64,000 nt of DNA from an uncultured delta proteobacterium (GCA_963808235.1 CAWEEQ010000004.1:576001-640000); one strand, 5' to 3'. Positions 7,394 to 18,537 are shown, counted from the first letter of the stretch. Numbers and translations are program-made. Notes: generated from the sequence alone by a model not told the origin.

Positions 7394-10267
7394 TCAGTGC
7401 GGCGAGATTATCGCCATATTCAGCACTTCCGCCAGATGCATCGGTTGCCGCCCCGGACAGAAATGGCGAATTTGCGAGCGGCACGAAAAGCCGTCGGCAA
7501 CTATGATCGTGCCGGGCGGAGACTCCTCTATCGTCGGAATCAATCGGCGCGAGCCGATCGCCTTCGATACTTCGAAATGCTCGCGAGCGTAGCCGAATGC
7601 TCCCGCCATCCCGCAGCATCCGGCGTCGAGAGCCTCGACTTTGAGCCCGCTGGCGCGCGAGAGCAGGCTGACTTCGTCATCGATTCCCGCAACCGCCTTG
7701 TGATGACAATGCCCCTGCACGATCGCGCTGCCCTTAAGCTCGGGTGGCGAGAAGTCCGGCGCCTCGCGGGCGATGAACTCGTCGAGCAGGAACGAGTGCG
7801 ACGCGAGATCTGCCGCGCGCTTTTCGCCGGGAAAGAACGAAGGCAATTCGTCGCGAAAAGTCAGGATACAACTCGGCTCGAGCCCGACGATCGGGATGCC
7901 GGCGGCCGCAAACGGCCCGAGAATGTCCATGGCCTCGCGCAGCCGCCACTTCGCGCGGGCGAGCATGCCTTGGTCGTAGAGTGGCCGCCCGCAGCAGAGA
8001 TTGCGTGGCGGGAGTATCACGCGGAATCCGGCGCTCTCGAGAACCTCGGTCGCCGCAATCCCGACATGCGGCTCGAAGAAATTGACGAAAGTATCCGGGA
8101 ACAGCACCACTTCGCGTCCATCGGCTCCACGAGCCGTTCTGCGGTCGAACCAGCTACGGAAGGTGACACGAGCGAAACGCGGCAGCTCGCGCTCCGGATG
8201 AATCCCGAGTGCACTCTTGGCCATGCCTGCAGTAACTGGCGCGTGCGAAAAAGCGTTCGCAAGAGAAGGAGCGTACGACGCGATAGATGAAACCTCGTGC
8301 AGCAGTCCGAAGAAGGTCGATGACGGCGGGCGGCGATGGCTGCGGTAGTAGTGCGAGAAAAATTCGGCGCGGTACGCCGCCATGTCGATCGACGACGGGC
8401 ACTCGCGCTTGCATGCCTTGCACGCGAGGCACAGGTCGAGCGCGTCTCTCAGCGCGGGATCGGCGAACTGCTCCGGGAGCAAGTCGGTGGTCAGAGCCTC
8501 GAACAGGATTCGTGCGCGTCCGCGGGTCGAATGGATCTCCTCGCGAGTCGCCATGTACGACGGGCACATCGTGCCTGCGTCGGTCTTGCGGCATTTGCCG
8601 ATACCCACGCATTTGAGCGCGGCGCCCGCGAGGCCGCCTTCGGCGCTGAAGTCGAAGTGGGTGGCGACTTCGCGCGGGCGATAGCTCGCGCCGAGTTTCA
8701 GATGCGAATCGAGCGGATGCGGATCTACGATCACGCCTGGATTCATCATCGAGTCGGGGTCGAAGATTTTCTTGAAACTGCGGAACGCGTCGATCAGGTC
8801 GGGACGAAACATCATCGGCAGCAGCTCGGAGCGCGCGATGCCGTCGCCGTGCTCGCCGGAAAGTGAGCCGCCCAATTCCGTGACGAGACCCCCAAGCTCG
8901 GTCATCGCATTCCGAAACGTCGCGATTCCCGGCGCGCTCGCGAGATCGAAATTGACCCGCGCATGGACACATCCCTCGCCGAAATGGCCGTAGTAGGTCG
9001 CGACGCGAAGGGCGTGGCGGGTGAGGATGCGGTCGAAGCCGCGCAGGAATGCACCGAGGTTCGCAGGCGGCACCGCGGAGTCCTCGGCACCCGGCCAGGT
9101 GCGCGGCCGGCCTTGGATGAAGGCGCTGGAGCCCAGGCCGGACTCGCGAATCTGCCAGACTGCGGCCTGCTCGCGCGCATCGGACAGACTGGCGACGTCG
9201 GTGCATTCGCGAATCTTCCGCGCCTCGGCAATCAGGCGCCCGGCGCGCTCGCGAGCTTCGTCGCGGGTCGTTCCGCCAAATTCGACGAGCAGAAACGCGC
9301 GACCCGCCGGCAGGAATCGCACTCCTGGCATCTGTTTGGTCCGCGCGAACTCGGGCAGATTTTGATCGAATCCTTCCAGCGCTTCCGGGCGATGCTCGAG
9401 TATCCATGGAGTCTGATCGGCCGCGATGAACACGTCGTCGAAACCGAGCATCACCAGTTCGACTTCGTTGGGACGCGGCACAGCTTTGATCGTGGCGCGG
9501 AGAATTGTCGCGAGGGTTCCTTCGGAGCCAACGATTGCGCGCGCGACGTTGAAGCCGCGCTCGGGCATCAGCTCGTCCAGATTGTAACCGGAGACCCGGC
9601 GCGGGAGTTTTGGAAAATGCGCGCGGACCGAATCGGCGGATTGATCGCGCAGCGCCCCAAGCTGCGAATAGACTTCAGTTTCGCGACCGCCGCGCGCGAT
9701 TGCTGCCTCGAGATGCTCGGCACCCATCGCGCCGGTTAGCGTGAGCCGGGTTCCGTCGTAGAGCACGACTTCCAGCGCTTTGACGTTGTCGACGGTTTTT
9801 CCGTACGCGGCGGAATGCGCGCCGCATGAGTTGTTGCCGATCATGCCGCCTATGGTGCATCGATCCTTCGTCGAAGGATCCGGCGCGAAGAACAGGCGAT
9901 GCGATTCGAGCGCACTGTTGAGATGGCTCTGGACGAGGCCGGGCTCCACCTGCGCAATCCTTGCGTCGGGATCGATCGCGACGACGCGATTCATGTACTT
10001 GGAGAAATCTAGCACCAGCGCTGCGTTGCAGGCCTGGCCGGCGAGGCTGGTGCCGCCGCCGCGCGCGAGTATCGGCATCGAGTTGTCCCGCGCAATCGCG
10101 AGCGCGGCGACCACGTCGCCTTCGTGGCGGGGAATCACGACGCCCACCGGCACTTGCCGATAGTTCGACGCGTCGGTCGCATACGCCGCGCGCGTGCCAA
10201 CGTCGAAGCGCACTTCGCCTTCGACCTGGCGTGCCAGTTCAAGCTTTACGGAATCGAGGGAAACCAT
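7394..10267 (-). CDS. FAD-linked oxidase fused to 4Fe-4S and CCG domains (YdiJ or GlcD-GlcF-like 2-hydroxyacid dehydrogenase)
   Basis: RGGGTSLAGQ, SGEHGDG, CVGIGKC, CLACKACKRECP, CCG motifs. Confidence 0.9.
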   Translation of the reverse strand: MVSLDSVKLELARQVEGEVRFDVGTRAAYATDASNYRQVPVGVVIPRHEGDVVAALAIARDNSMPILARGGGTSLAGQACNAALVLDFSKYMNRVVAIDPDARIAQVEPGLVQSHLNSALESHRLFFAPDPSTKDRCTIGGMIGNNSCGAHSAAYGKTVDNVKALEVVLYDGTRLTLTGAMGAEHLEAAIARGGRETEVYSQLGALRDQSADSVRAHFPKLPRRVSGYNLDELMPERGFNVARAIVGSEGTLATILRATIKAVPRPNEVELVMLGFDDVFIAADQTPWILEHRPEALEGFDQNLPEFARTKQMPGVRFLPAGRAFLLVEFGGTTRDEARERAGRLIAEARKIRECTDVASLSDAREQAAVWQIRESGLGSSAFIQGRPRTWPGAEDSAVPPANLGAFLRGFDRILTRHALRVATYYGHFGEGCVHARVNFDLASAPGIATFRNAMTELGGLVTELGGSLSGEHGDGIARSELLPMMFRPDLIDAFRSFKKIFDPDSMMNPGVIVDPHPLDSHLKLGASYRPREVATHFDFSAEGGLAGAALKCVGIGKCRKTDAGTMCPSYMATREEIHSTRGRARILFEALTTDLLPEQFADPALRDALDLCLACKACKRECPSSIDMAAYRAEFFSHYYRSHRRPPSSTFFGLLHEVSSIASYAPSLANAFSHAPVTAGMAKSALGIHPERELPRFARVTFRSWFDRRTARGADGREVVLFPDTFVNFFEPHVGIAATEVLESAGFRVILPPRNLCCGRPLYDQGMLARAKWRLREAMDILGPFAAAGIPIVGLEPSCILTFRDELPSFFPGEKRAADLASHSFLLDEFIAREAPDFSPPELKGSAIVQGHCHHKAVAGIDDEVSLLSRASGLKVEALDAGCCGMAGAFGYAREHFEVSKAIGSRRLIPTIEESPPGTIIVADGFSCRSQIRHFCPGRQPMHLAEVLNMAIISPH

Positions 10268-10334
10268 CGTGATCGTGACAGCCCGATTGTAATCGAGCAG
10301 CAGACGCGCGGAACAGCGCGTCTATGGTTTCGTG

Positions 10335-11588
10335 TTACATCGGGAGGTCTTTGAGGCCGGCTTTCGGCGCACCGACCAGAGCGACCATCTTGCCTTCGGG
10401 GGCGCGATTTTCGTGCATCGCCTGGTGGCATTCGGGGATCTCGTCGAACTTGTAAGTCTTGGCGAGGCAGGGATCGATCTTGCCGTCGAGCACGAGCTGG
10501 TTGAATGCGTAGGCCTGCTCGTCGTTGGCGAAGTGCGATCCCTGGAGGCGTTTCTGGCGCATCCAGAGGTAGCGCAAATCCGCGACCGCGTTGTAGCCGG
10601 TGGTGCCGGCGCAGATGACGACCATCCCACCGGTGTCGCAGACGAACACTGAAGTGGGAATCGTGTCTTCGCCCGGATGCTCGAACACGATGCGCGGGTT
10701 TTTCCGCTCGCCTACGATGTCCCAGATGGCCTTGCCGAACGCGCGGCATTCGGCGGCCCACTTGTTGTAGCTCGCGGTTTCCTTCCAATGGGGCATCATG
10801 CCCCAGTGCAAATATTTTTTTCGGTTGATGACGCCCTTGGCGCCGAGCCTCATGCAGAATTCCGTCTTGCGATCGTCGCCGACAATTCCGACCGGGATCC
10901 CGCCTTCGGCTTTCACGATCTGAATCGCCATGCATCCGAGGCCGCCCGAGGCTCCCCAGATGAGCACCACGTCGCCGCGGCGTACAACGTGCGGCGGCCA
11001 TCCCATCAGCATCCGCATCGCGGTCGCACCTACCAGCGACGGTCCCGCGGCTTCCTCCCAGGTAAGATGCGCGGCCTTGGGCATGCACTGATGCGCCTGC
11101 ACGCGACAGAACTGCGCGAAGCTTCCCCAGTTAGTTTCGTAGCCCCAAATCTTGAATGACGGGTCGTACATGGGATCGTCGCCGTTGCGAATCGCCGGGG
11201 AGTCGCGGTCCCATACGCCGCAGTGGATCACGACGCGGTCGCCGACCTTGACGTTGCTCACGTCGCGGCCGGTCGCGTAGACGATTCCCGAGGCGTCGCT
11301 GCCGCCGATATGGAAATCCGAGTGATCGTACTTGGCCTTCTGCCGTGCGCCGATCACGTCGACGGGAGATCCGAGCGCCGCCCATACGTTGTTGAAGTTG
11401 ATCCCGGCCGCCATGACGTAGACCAGCACTTCGTCGGGTCGAATTTCGGGAACGTGGATTTTTTCGATCTTGAAGGCGTGCTTCGGATCGCCAAACCGGT
11501 CCGCACGGATCAACTGCGCGTACATCTTTGGTGGGACCTGCCCGATTGGCGGCACTTCACCGATTTCGTAGATTTCCCTGGCTCTCAT
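10335..11588 (-). CDS. ccr: Crotonyl-CoA carboxylase/reductase
   Basis: [51 protein letters not shown]. Confidence 0.93.
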   Translation of the reverse strand: MRAREIYEIGEVPPIGQVPPKMYAQLIRADRFGDPKHAFKIEKIHVPEIRPDEVLVYVMAAGINFNNVWAALGSPVDVIGARQKAKYDHSDFHIGGSDASGIVYATGRDVSNVKVGDRVVIHCGVWDRDSPAIRNGDDPMYDPSFKIWGYETNWGSFAQFCRVQAHQCMPKAAHLTWEEAAGPSLVGATAMRMLMGWPPHVVRRGDVVLIWGASGGLGCMAIQIVKAEGGIPVGIVGDDRKTEFCMRLGAKGVINRKKYLHWGMMPHWKETASYNKWAAECRAFGKAIWDIVGERKNPRIVFEHPGEDTIPTSVFVCDTGGMVVICAGTTGYNAVADLRYLWMRQKRLQGSHFANDEQAYAFNQLVLDGKIDPCLAKTYKFDEIPECHQAMHENRAPEGKMVALVGAPKAGLKDLPM

Positions 11589-11845
11589 TACTTATTGGCA
11601 GCCCCGGCTCAGCCTGATCGGCGCGTCTTCAATTGCCTCCGCGGAGAATCCGAGTTTGCGTGCCGAAGTTAGCTACCTGTTTGCCCTTCATTTGACAATA
11701 CTTGCCTTTGGCGCGGCAGGAAACGAGGGCACTAGATGGTCTGAAGAGGTCGGTTGACGCGCAGGGGGGAATTCCATAAAAAACGGTCTCGGCTTCAGGA
11801 TTTTTCGCGATCGAACGATCCATACGGGAAGGCAGCCTGAATCAC

Positions 11846-12313
11846 ATGGCGGTGCGCAAAATCGAGCGTGGCCATTACTTCGAGGACTTCGAGATAGGCC
11901 ATCTTTTCAAGCATCATTGGGGCCGCACGATTACCGAAGGCGACAACAGCTTTTTCAGCAGCTGCACGATGAACTTCAACCCGACCTACTTCAACCGCGA
12001 GTATGCGCAGAGCCTCGGCTATAAAAGTGTGGTCGTCAATCACATGCTGGTGATGAACGTAGTGTTCGGGCTGTCGGTCGAGGATCTGAGCGAACGCGCG
12101 ATCGCGCATCTCGGCTACGAGAAACTCAAGTTCCTTGCCGCCGTGTATCCGGGCGATACGATCACGTCGGAATCGCTGGTGCTGTCCAAGCGCGACACCT
12201 CGCGGCCGGATCGCGGGGTCGTCAAGTTTCGCACCACCGGCCACAATCAGCGCGGCGAAAAGGTGCTCGAGTACGAGCGGCCGGTGCTGATTCGCAAACG
12301 CAACCCCGGGTAG
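11846..12313 (+). CDS. MaoC-like hot-dog dehydratase resembling the N-half of mesaconyl-CoA hydratase
   Basis: YFEDF..G...H..GRTIT; VFGLSVEDLSERAIAHLGY. Confidence 0.8.
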   Translation: MAVRKIERGHYFEDFEIGHLFKHHWGRTITEGDNSFFSSCTMNFNPTYFNREYAQSLGYKSVVVNHMLVMNVVFGLSVEDLSERAIAHLGYEKLKFLAAVYPGDTITSESLVLSKRDTSRPDRGVVKFRTTGHNQRGEKVLEYERPVLIRKRNPG

Positions 12314-12322
12314 GAGCACACG

Positions 12323-13489
12323 ATGCCTCTGGTTACGCCTGAGCATGAAATTATCCGGCGCTCGGTCCGCGACTTTGTCGAGGCCGAAGTCAAACCGATC
12401 GCCAACGATCTCGATCGCGAGAACAAGGAAATCCCGGAGCGCATCCTGAAGCAGATGGCCGAGCTCGGCTACTTCGGCGTGATCTTTCCCGCCGAAGAGG
12501 GCGGCATGGGGCTCGACTACATCTCGATGGCGATCGTTACCGAGGAGTTGTCGCGCGGATGGCTCAGCGTCGGCTCGGTGATGACCCGCAACATAATCAC
12601 CGGCACGCTGATCAGCGCCAATGGCACGCCCGAGCAGAAGCAGCGCTTCCTGCCGAAGATCGCGCGCGGCGAGATTCTCACTGCGGCGGCGTTCACCGAG
12701 CCTGATTCCGGCAGCGACACGGCGTCGTTCAAAACGCGCGCGGTTAAACACGGCGATGGCTATCTGATCAAAGGCGCCAAGATGTGGTGCACGTTCGCCA
12801 ATCGAGCCCACATGCTGACGGTGATGACGCGGACCGACCCCGACATGTCAAAGAAGCACAAGGGGCTGTCGCTGATCCTGTTCGAGAAGGAGCCCGGCGA
12901 CGACTTCATGCCGCCGCAGCTGACCGGCTCGGCGATACCGACGATCGGCTATCACGGAATGCGCAGTTACGCGCTGCAGTTCGACGACGCGCTCGCGCCC
13001 GCGGCGAACCTGATCGGTGGACAGGAAGGCCGCGGATTTTACCAATTGATGGCGAGTTACGAGGCGGCGCGAATCCAGACCGCGGCGCGCGGCGTCGGCG
13101 TGGCGCAGGCGGCGTTCGAGTGCGCGACCAAATATGCGAAGCAGCGCACCCAGTTCGGGCAGCCGATCGGCGACTTCCAGGTGATTCGCCACAAGCTTGC
13201 GCACATGGCGGTCGAGATCGAGGCAGCGCGTCAGCTCTGCTACTTCGCGGCGGCCGAAAAGGACACCGGTAAGCGATGCGATTACGAGGCCGGGCTCGCC
13301 AAGGCGTTCGCGGCCGAGATGGCCGAGCGGGTGACGCGCGAGGCGATGCAGGTGCATGGCGGCTACGGATACTCGATGGAGTTCGAGGCGCAACGCTTCT
13401 GGCGCGACGCGCGTGTGCTTTCGATTTTCGAAGGCACCAGCGAAATCCAGTACGAGGTAATCGGCCGGCGAATCATGGAGCAGAACTAG
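12323..13489 (+). CDS. mcd: Acyl-CoA dehydrogenase, (2S)-methylsuccinyl-CoA dehydrogenase-like
   Basis: TEELSRG, FTEPDSGSD, EKEPG, IGYHGM, ARIQTAAR, recalled as Mcd features; clustered with ccr and mcl. Confidence 0.72.
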   Translation: MPLVTPEHEIIRRSVRDFVEAEVKPIANDLDRENKEIPERILKQMAELGYFGVIFPAEEGGMGLDYISMAIVTEELSRGWLSVGSVMTRNIITGTLISANGTPEQKQRFLPKIARGEILTAAAFTEPDSGSDTASFKTRAVKHGDGYLIKGAKMWCTFANRAHMLTVMTRTDPDMSKKHKGLSLILFEKEPGDDFMPPQLTGSAIPTIGYHGMRSYALQFDDALAPAANLIGGQEGRGFYQLMASYEAARIQTAARGVGVAQAAFECATKYAKQRTQFGQPIGDFQVIRHKLAHMAVEIEAARQLCYFAAAEKDTGKRCDYEAGLAKAFAAEMAERVTREAMQVHGGYGYSMEFEAQRFWRDARVLSIFEGTSEIQYEVIGRRIMEQN

Positions 13490-13507
13490 GGCAGGGCACG
13501 TCTGGCG

Positions 13508-13990
13508 ATGAGCATCACGAGCGACGGAAGCTACTTCGAGGATTTCACGGTGGGCGACACGCTGATACATCAGCGCGGACGTACGATCACCGAAGCTGAC
13601 AATCATTTCTTCACTTCACTGGTGATGAATACCGCCGAGCTGCACTTCAACCAGGATTTGATCGACAGAAATCCCGACGCGTACGTGGGCGGCAAGCTGC
13701 TGGTCTATGGCGGCGTGGTGCTCGCGTTCACGGTCGGGCTCGCGTCGGAGGACACCAGCGAGAACGCGATTGCCGAAGTCGAGATGGACAACGGCAAGCA
13801 TACCAATCCGGTTTTCCATGGCGATACGATTTACGCGGAATCGACGGTGCTCGAAAAGCGCGATTCGGATCGTCCCGACGCAGGGCTGGTGAAGTTCAAG
13901 CTGGTCGGCAAGAAGCCCGACGGCACTGTGGTCGTCGAGATCGAGCGCACAGTCCTGATCAAGCGCAAGGTGCACTATCTGCGTCCCTGA
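13508..13990 (+). CDS. MaoC-like hot-dog dehydratase resembling the C-half of mesaconyl-CoA hydratase
   Basis: YFEDF, MNTAELHF, LLVYGGVV, PVFHGDTIYA. Confidence 0.8.
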   Translation: MSITSDGSYFEDFTVGDTLIHQRGRTITEADNHFFTSLVMNTAELHFNQDLIDRNPDAYVGGKLLVYGGVVLAFTVGLASEDTSENAIAEVEMDNGKHTNPVFHGDTIYAESTVLEKRDSDRPDAGLVKFKLVGKKPDGTVVVEIERTVLIKRKVHYLRP

Positions 13991-14032
13991 GCGCGCGGAC
14001 GGAGCGAAATTCCCGAGGGAGAAAATCAATCG

Positions 14033-15070
14033 ATGTACGTATTGGATAAAGGCGCCCGCTTTGTAATTCCGCGCACCGAGATGACCTATCCCGGTCACAA
14101 CATGAAGCTGCATATCACGGCGGCCGACCCGGTGAAGGCGCCGGTCGATCACGTGATGGCGGATTTCGAAGACGCGTGCCCCTACGAGTTCAAGGGCGAG
14201 AAGAGCCGCAAGGTAATGGTCGAGGCGCTGACCACGCTCGACTTTGGCAAGAAGGTCGTGACGGTGCGGCCCAACAATATCCATTCGAAGTTTTTCAAGG
14301 GCGACATGGAAGCGATCGTGCTCGGCGCGCCGAATCGCTTTCACGGGATCATGTTGCCGAAGACTCGCGGGCCCGAGGAAATTCGCGAAGTATCGAAGCT
14401 GCTCGACGATCTCGAGAAGCGCGGCGGCTGGAAGTACAAGCTTCAGATCGAGTCGCTAATCGAAACTCCGCACGCGCTGATCAAGGCATACGAGATCGCG
14501 ACCGCGTCGGATCGGATGTGCGGGCTCGTGTTCGGCATCGCGGACTACGCAGCGAATCTCGGCATCCGGGAGATCGTCGAGAATCAGAATCAGAATTTTC
14601 ACTACTCCAAGCAGGCCGTGGTGGTGGCCGCAAAGGCTGCCGGCTTGCACGCGATCGACAACGTTTTCCTGCGCCTGTGGCGCAACACGGATTCGCCTGA
14701 GCGCGTCAAGGAACTGCAAGCGGGCCTGCGCGACAAAAATATCGGCGCGGCCAACCTAGGGATGGACGGGACGTGGGTGATTCATCCGCAGCAGGCTGAG
14801 ATCGCTAACGCTTGCTACACGCCGAGCGTCGAGCAGGTCGAGGAAGCGCGTCGCGTGATCAAGCTCTACCATGAGAAGGGAGGCGGCTCGATGGCCGATC
14901 CCAAGTCGGGCGAGATGATCGACGAGGCCACCATCAAAATTGGCCTGATGGATTTGGCAAAAGGCGCGCAGGCGGGCTTGGTGTCGGACGCGGAGCTAAG
15001 GGATTGGTCGGCGAAGAGCCGCGAGATCACGGGCTACGATATTCTGGAGCTGATGCGCCGCGTGGCGTGA
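14033..15070 (+). CDS. mcl: CitE/HpcH-family CoA-ester lyase, probable malyl-CoA/beta-methylmalyl-CoA lyase
   Basis: PRTEMTYPG, DFEDAC, LIET, FGIADY, GTWVIHPQQ; ethylmalonyl-CoA pathway context. Confidence 0.72.
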   Translation: MYVLDKGARFVIPRTEMTYPGHNMKLHITAADPVKAPVDHVMADFEDACPYEFKGEKSRKVMVEALTTLDFGKKVVTVRPNNIHSKFFKGDMEAIVLGAPNRFHGIMLPKTRGPEEIREVSKLLDDLEKRGGWKYKLQIESLIETPHALIKAYEIATASDRMCGLVFGIADYAANLGIREIVENQNQNFHYSKQAVVVAAKAAGLHAIDNVFLRLWRNTDSPERVKELQAGLRDKNIGAANLGMDGTWVIHPQQAEIANACYTPSVEQVEEARRVIKLYHEKGGGSMADPKSGEMIDEATIKIGLMDLAKGAQAGLVSDAELRDWSAKSREITGYDILELMRRVA

Positions 15071-15085
15071 ACGTCGCGCGATAGC

Positions 15086-16141
15086 TCAGGGCACGGGTGC
15101 GGTGTTGAGGAGGCCGGCGGCTTCGTCGAAGCCCAGCATCAGGTTCATGTTCTGGACGGCCTGGCCGGCGGCCCCTTTGCCGAGGTTGTCGATCGCGGTG
15201 ATCACGAGCAGGGTTCCGCTGCGGCGATCGAGGATGAATGCCAGCTCGCAGAAGTTCGTCGCGCGCACGTTGCGCAACTCCGGCAATTCTCCCGGCTTAA
15301 GGATTCGCACGAAGCGCGACTTGGCGAAGCTCGCCTCGAACGCGGCGTGAACGTCGCTCTCGGTGGTGCCGCTGCGCGGGCGCATGAAGATCGAGCTCAG
15401 CAGTCCGCGCGTGATCGGGAGCAGATGCGGCACGAACAGCAGCGCGATATCGCGTCCGAGCGCCGCGCTGATTTCCTGTTCCATCTCCGGGACGTGGCGA
15501 TGATTCCCGACCTTGTAGGCGCGGAAATTCTCGTTAACCTCGGCAAATAGTTGCTCGACTGACGCAGCCCGCCGCGCGCCGCTGGTGCCCGACTTCGCAT
15601 CGATGATGATCGACGAAGGCTCGATCAGATCGCGCCTGATTAGGGGCAGCAGCGCGAGCAACGCGCCGGTCGGGAAGCATCCGGGAGTTGCGATCAGCCG
15701 CGCCTCGCGGAGTTCGTGGCGATGGAACTCGCTGAGCCCATAGACCGCCTCCTTGAGGAGCTGCGGCGCAGGATGATCGACGCCGTAGGTGGTGCGGAAC
15801 TGCGCGGGATCCTTGAGCCGGAAATCCGCCGACAGATCCACCACCTTGATCCCGGCTTTGATCAGTTCGACCGTATGCGCGAGGCCGACCGTCTCTGGCA
15901 GGCACGAGAGCGCAACGTCGGCGCGTCCTTGCACGAGGTCGGGGCGCAATTCCTCGAACGCCGGCAGGTCGACGCCCGCCATGTGCCGGTAAACGTCGGC
16001 GACTTCGCGCCCGGCATAGTTTCTCGACGTGAGGACGCTCAGCTCGACCAGCGGATGGCCGGCGAGAATGCGCACCGCCTCGATACCGGAGTATCCGGAG
16101 GCGCCGATCACCGCCACTCTGACCTTGTCGCGCGTAGCCAT
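15086..16141 (-). CDS. argC: N-acetyl-gamma-glutamyl-phosphate reductase
   Basis: GASGYSG, ATPGCFPT, KSGTSGA, HRHVPE, IDNLGKGAAGQAVQNMN. Confidence 0.96.
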   Translation of the reverse strand: MATRDKVRVAVIGASGYSGIEAVRILAGHPLVELSVLTSRNYAGREVADVYRHMAGVDLPAFEELRPDLVQGRADVALSCLPETVGLAHTVELIKAGIKVVDLSADFRLKDPAQFRTTYGVDHPAPQLLKEAVYGLSEFHRHELREARLIATPGCFPTGALLALLPLIRRDLIEPSSIIIDAKSGTSGARRAASVEQLFAEVNENFRAYKVGNHRHVPEMEQEISAALGRDIALLFVPHLLPITRGLLSSIFMRPRSGTTESDVHAAFEASFAKSRFVRILKPGELPELRNVRATNFCELAFILDRRSGTLLVITAIDNLGKGAAGQAVQNMNLMLGFDEAAGLLNTAPVP

Positions 16142-16224
16142 TTCGGGAAGTTCAATGCTCCTGTTGTGTTACCGCTAACAAAACGTGACGTATCATGATT
16201 GCGGATCGCGATACCAGTTACCAG

Positions 16225-18459
16225 TTACTTGGAGTCGAACTCGAATACCATCTCGGCCGGGGGATGGTCGGGATCTGAGGCCGCCAGTTTGTCCAGATAA
16301 ATCCGCACCGGCGTGTCGGTCGGGCGCTCGTCGCCAAGGCGCTTAAGCTCGTCGATCGCGGTAGGCGCCGAACCCTGGCGAATCATCTTCAATGCGCTGT
16401 CGAAGCGGCGGTAGAAAGCGGGATCGACGCTGTCGTTCTCGCGCCCGGCGACATCCACGATCGGTACAAGCAGAGCTTTGCCTTTGACCTTCACGAGGCC
16501 CAGCTCACGCGCGATGTACCCAGGGCCGGCTTCGGTGAAAGTCTGCAGGCTGACCAGCAAATGCACCTTGAAGTGGCGGGTGAGACCTTCCAGCCGCGAG
16601 GCAAAGTTAACCGTGTCGCCGATCACGGAATAGTCGAAACGATTTTCGCCGCCGAAGTTGCCGACTACAACGTCGCCGGTCGAGATTCCGATGCCGATGT
16701 CGAGGTCGGCGAATCGCTCATCGTTTTTCTGCAGCTCGTAAAGCTTGGTGAGCATCTGGAGCGCACAATCGAGCGCCGCGCGCGACGGATTTTCAAGTTC
16801 GTTGGGCGCGCCCCAGAAGGCCATGATCCCGTCGCCCATCAGTTTGTCCACGACTCCGCGTGACTGCATGATGAGGTCGGTCATCGCGGTCATGTAGGTA
16901 TTGAGCAGCGCGACCAGCGCTTCGGGCTCGGTGCGTTCGGCGCGGCTGGTAAAGCTCACGATATCGGCGAACAGAATCGCCAGATGACGCCGCTCGCCGC
17001 CCAGTTTCAAACCCTCGGCGGAATCGAGCACTTGAGCCAGTACGTCTGGATGCAGGTAATGGCCCATCGCGGCGCGTTCCCGGCGCCGCTCGCCGCCCTC
17101 GGCGATATACCGGTACCCGGCCAGGATCATGTACACCACCAGCGCAGTCAGCAGCGGGAAGACCATCCCAATGACCATCCCGTCGCCGATCAACCGGTTC
17201 TGGATATAGCCGTAATATCCGACCGCAAGGATCACGCCGAGCGCCGCCGAAGACAGCGCGGAGAGTCCGGCGACTCCGAGCGCCATCCCGAGCCCAAGCA
17301 GGAGTGCAGCGATCAGCATGATCTCCTGCGCCTCGATCGGACGCCGAATGAAGTCGCCTTGGACGATATTGTCGATCGCGTTGGCGTGGATCTCGACGCG
17401 CGGCATGTCCCCGCTCACCGGTGTTACTCCGCGATCGCCGAGCCCATGAGCGGACGCGCCGACCAGGACGATTTTTCCAGCCAGCTTTTCCGGCGCGATC
17501 TTGTGATTGATGATGTCCGAGACCGAGTAGTACGGAAACGGATCGACTCCGCGGCGGAAATTCACCAGCATCCGGCCGTCGCCCTCCACTGGAATGCGAA
17601 CTCCGGCGATCGAGATCGCGGAAACGCCGTCCGCGTCGATTCCGAGCATCATCGGCGCGCCGCCCGCGTATGCATCTGCGGCAGCCAGAAACATCGGCAT
17701 GCAGTAATGGCCGTCGAATCGGATGACCGTCATCTGAGTACGGATTTCGCCGTCTGCGTCCGCATCGATATCGAAGTAGCCGGCCGCGTGCGCGGCTTCA
17801 TTGAGCGTGTCGAAGGGCGGCTGATACGCCTCGGCGTCGATAAGCGCGTGCGCCTTGCTGGGAGCGGCATTGCGCACGATTCCATAGACGGCTGGCGATG
17901 GTGGCTTGATATGTTGTTGGAGGAAGCCGGCCGTCTTTGCCGCACTATAGATCTTGCGGAAATTGTGGCTTTGAAACGCGTAACCTAAAACGGTCTGACC
18001 TTGCCGCTTCATCGCGGCGGCAAAGGCTTCGTCGTTGCTGGGTCCCAGGATTTCGCCGATCGTGTTCGATTTTATTCCGAGCCCTACGAGCCGCTTGCGG
18101 ATTTCGGCGCGCTCAACGTCGTTGTCGTCGGGCTCGCTGAAGATCGAGTCGAAGCCAATCACCTTGACCTTGTAGTCATTCAGCGCGTCGACCAGCCGGC
18201 CCTCGACCGCGCGCGGCCACGGCCATTGACCGATCTGCGCGATACTCTTGTCGTCGATCGCGGCGATCACGACCACACCGGAAGAAGGACGAGGCGCAAT
18301 CGAGTTGATCCGAAGGTCGTATCCGATCAAATCCATGCGCTCGAAGGCTCGGTAAAAGCGGTGGTTAATCCCGAACAGGAACACGATCAGCAGGAGGCCT
18401 AACACGAATGTGCGCCACGAGAACCTATGAACAACGTGTGCCGATTTTGGGGGCGCCAT
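16225..18459 (-). CDS. CHASE2-domain class III adenylate cyclase
   Basis: GQWPWPR and GKIVLVG (CHASE2); three TM helices; LFADIVSFT, DKLMGDG, DYSVIGDTVNFASRLE (Lys/Asp ATP-specificity pair). Confidence 0.93.
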   Translation of the reverse strand: MAPPKSAHVVHRFSWRTFVLGLLLIVFLFGINHRFYRAFERMDLIGYDLRINSIAPRPSSGVVVIAAIDDKSIAQIGQWPWPRAVEGRLVDALNDYKVKVIGFDSIFSEPDDNDVERAEIRKRLVGLGIKSNTIGEILGPSNDEAFAAAMKRQGQTVLGYAFQSHNFRKIYSAAKTAGFLQQHIKPPSPAVYGIVRNAAPSKAHALIDAEAYQPPFDTLNEAAHAAGYFDIDADADGEIRTQMTVIRFDGHYCMPMFLAAADAYAGGAPMMLGIDADGVSAISIAGVRIPVEGDGRMLVNFRRGVDPFPYYSVSDIINHKIAPEKLAGKIVLVGASAHGLGDRGVTPVSGDMPRVEIHANAIDNIVQGDFIRRPIEAQEIMLIAALLLGLGMALGVAGLSALSSAALGVILAVGYYGYIQNRLIGDGMVIGMVFPLLTALVVYMILAGYRYIAEGGERRRERAAMGHYLHPDVLAQVLDSAEGLKLGGERRHLAILFADIVSFTSRAERTEPEALVALLNTYMTAMTDLIMQSRGVVDKLMGDGIMAFWGAPNELENPSRAALDCALQMLTKLYELQKNDERFADLDIGIGISTGDVVVGNFGGENRFDYSVIGDTVNFASRLEGLTRHFKVHLLVSLQTFTEAGPGYIARELGLVKVKGKALLVPIVDVAGRENDSVDPAFYRRFDSALKMIRQGSAPTAIDELKRLGDERPTDTPVRIYLDKLAASDPDHPPAEMVFEFDSK

Positions 18460-18537
18460 GGTGACCGGATCGAGCTTAGCGTGACGCTCGGCGCTCCGCT
18501 AACTGCTCCCCGGGCCGGCGGCTTGCCCCGGCGGTGG

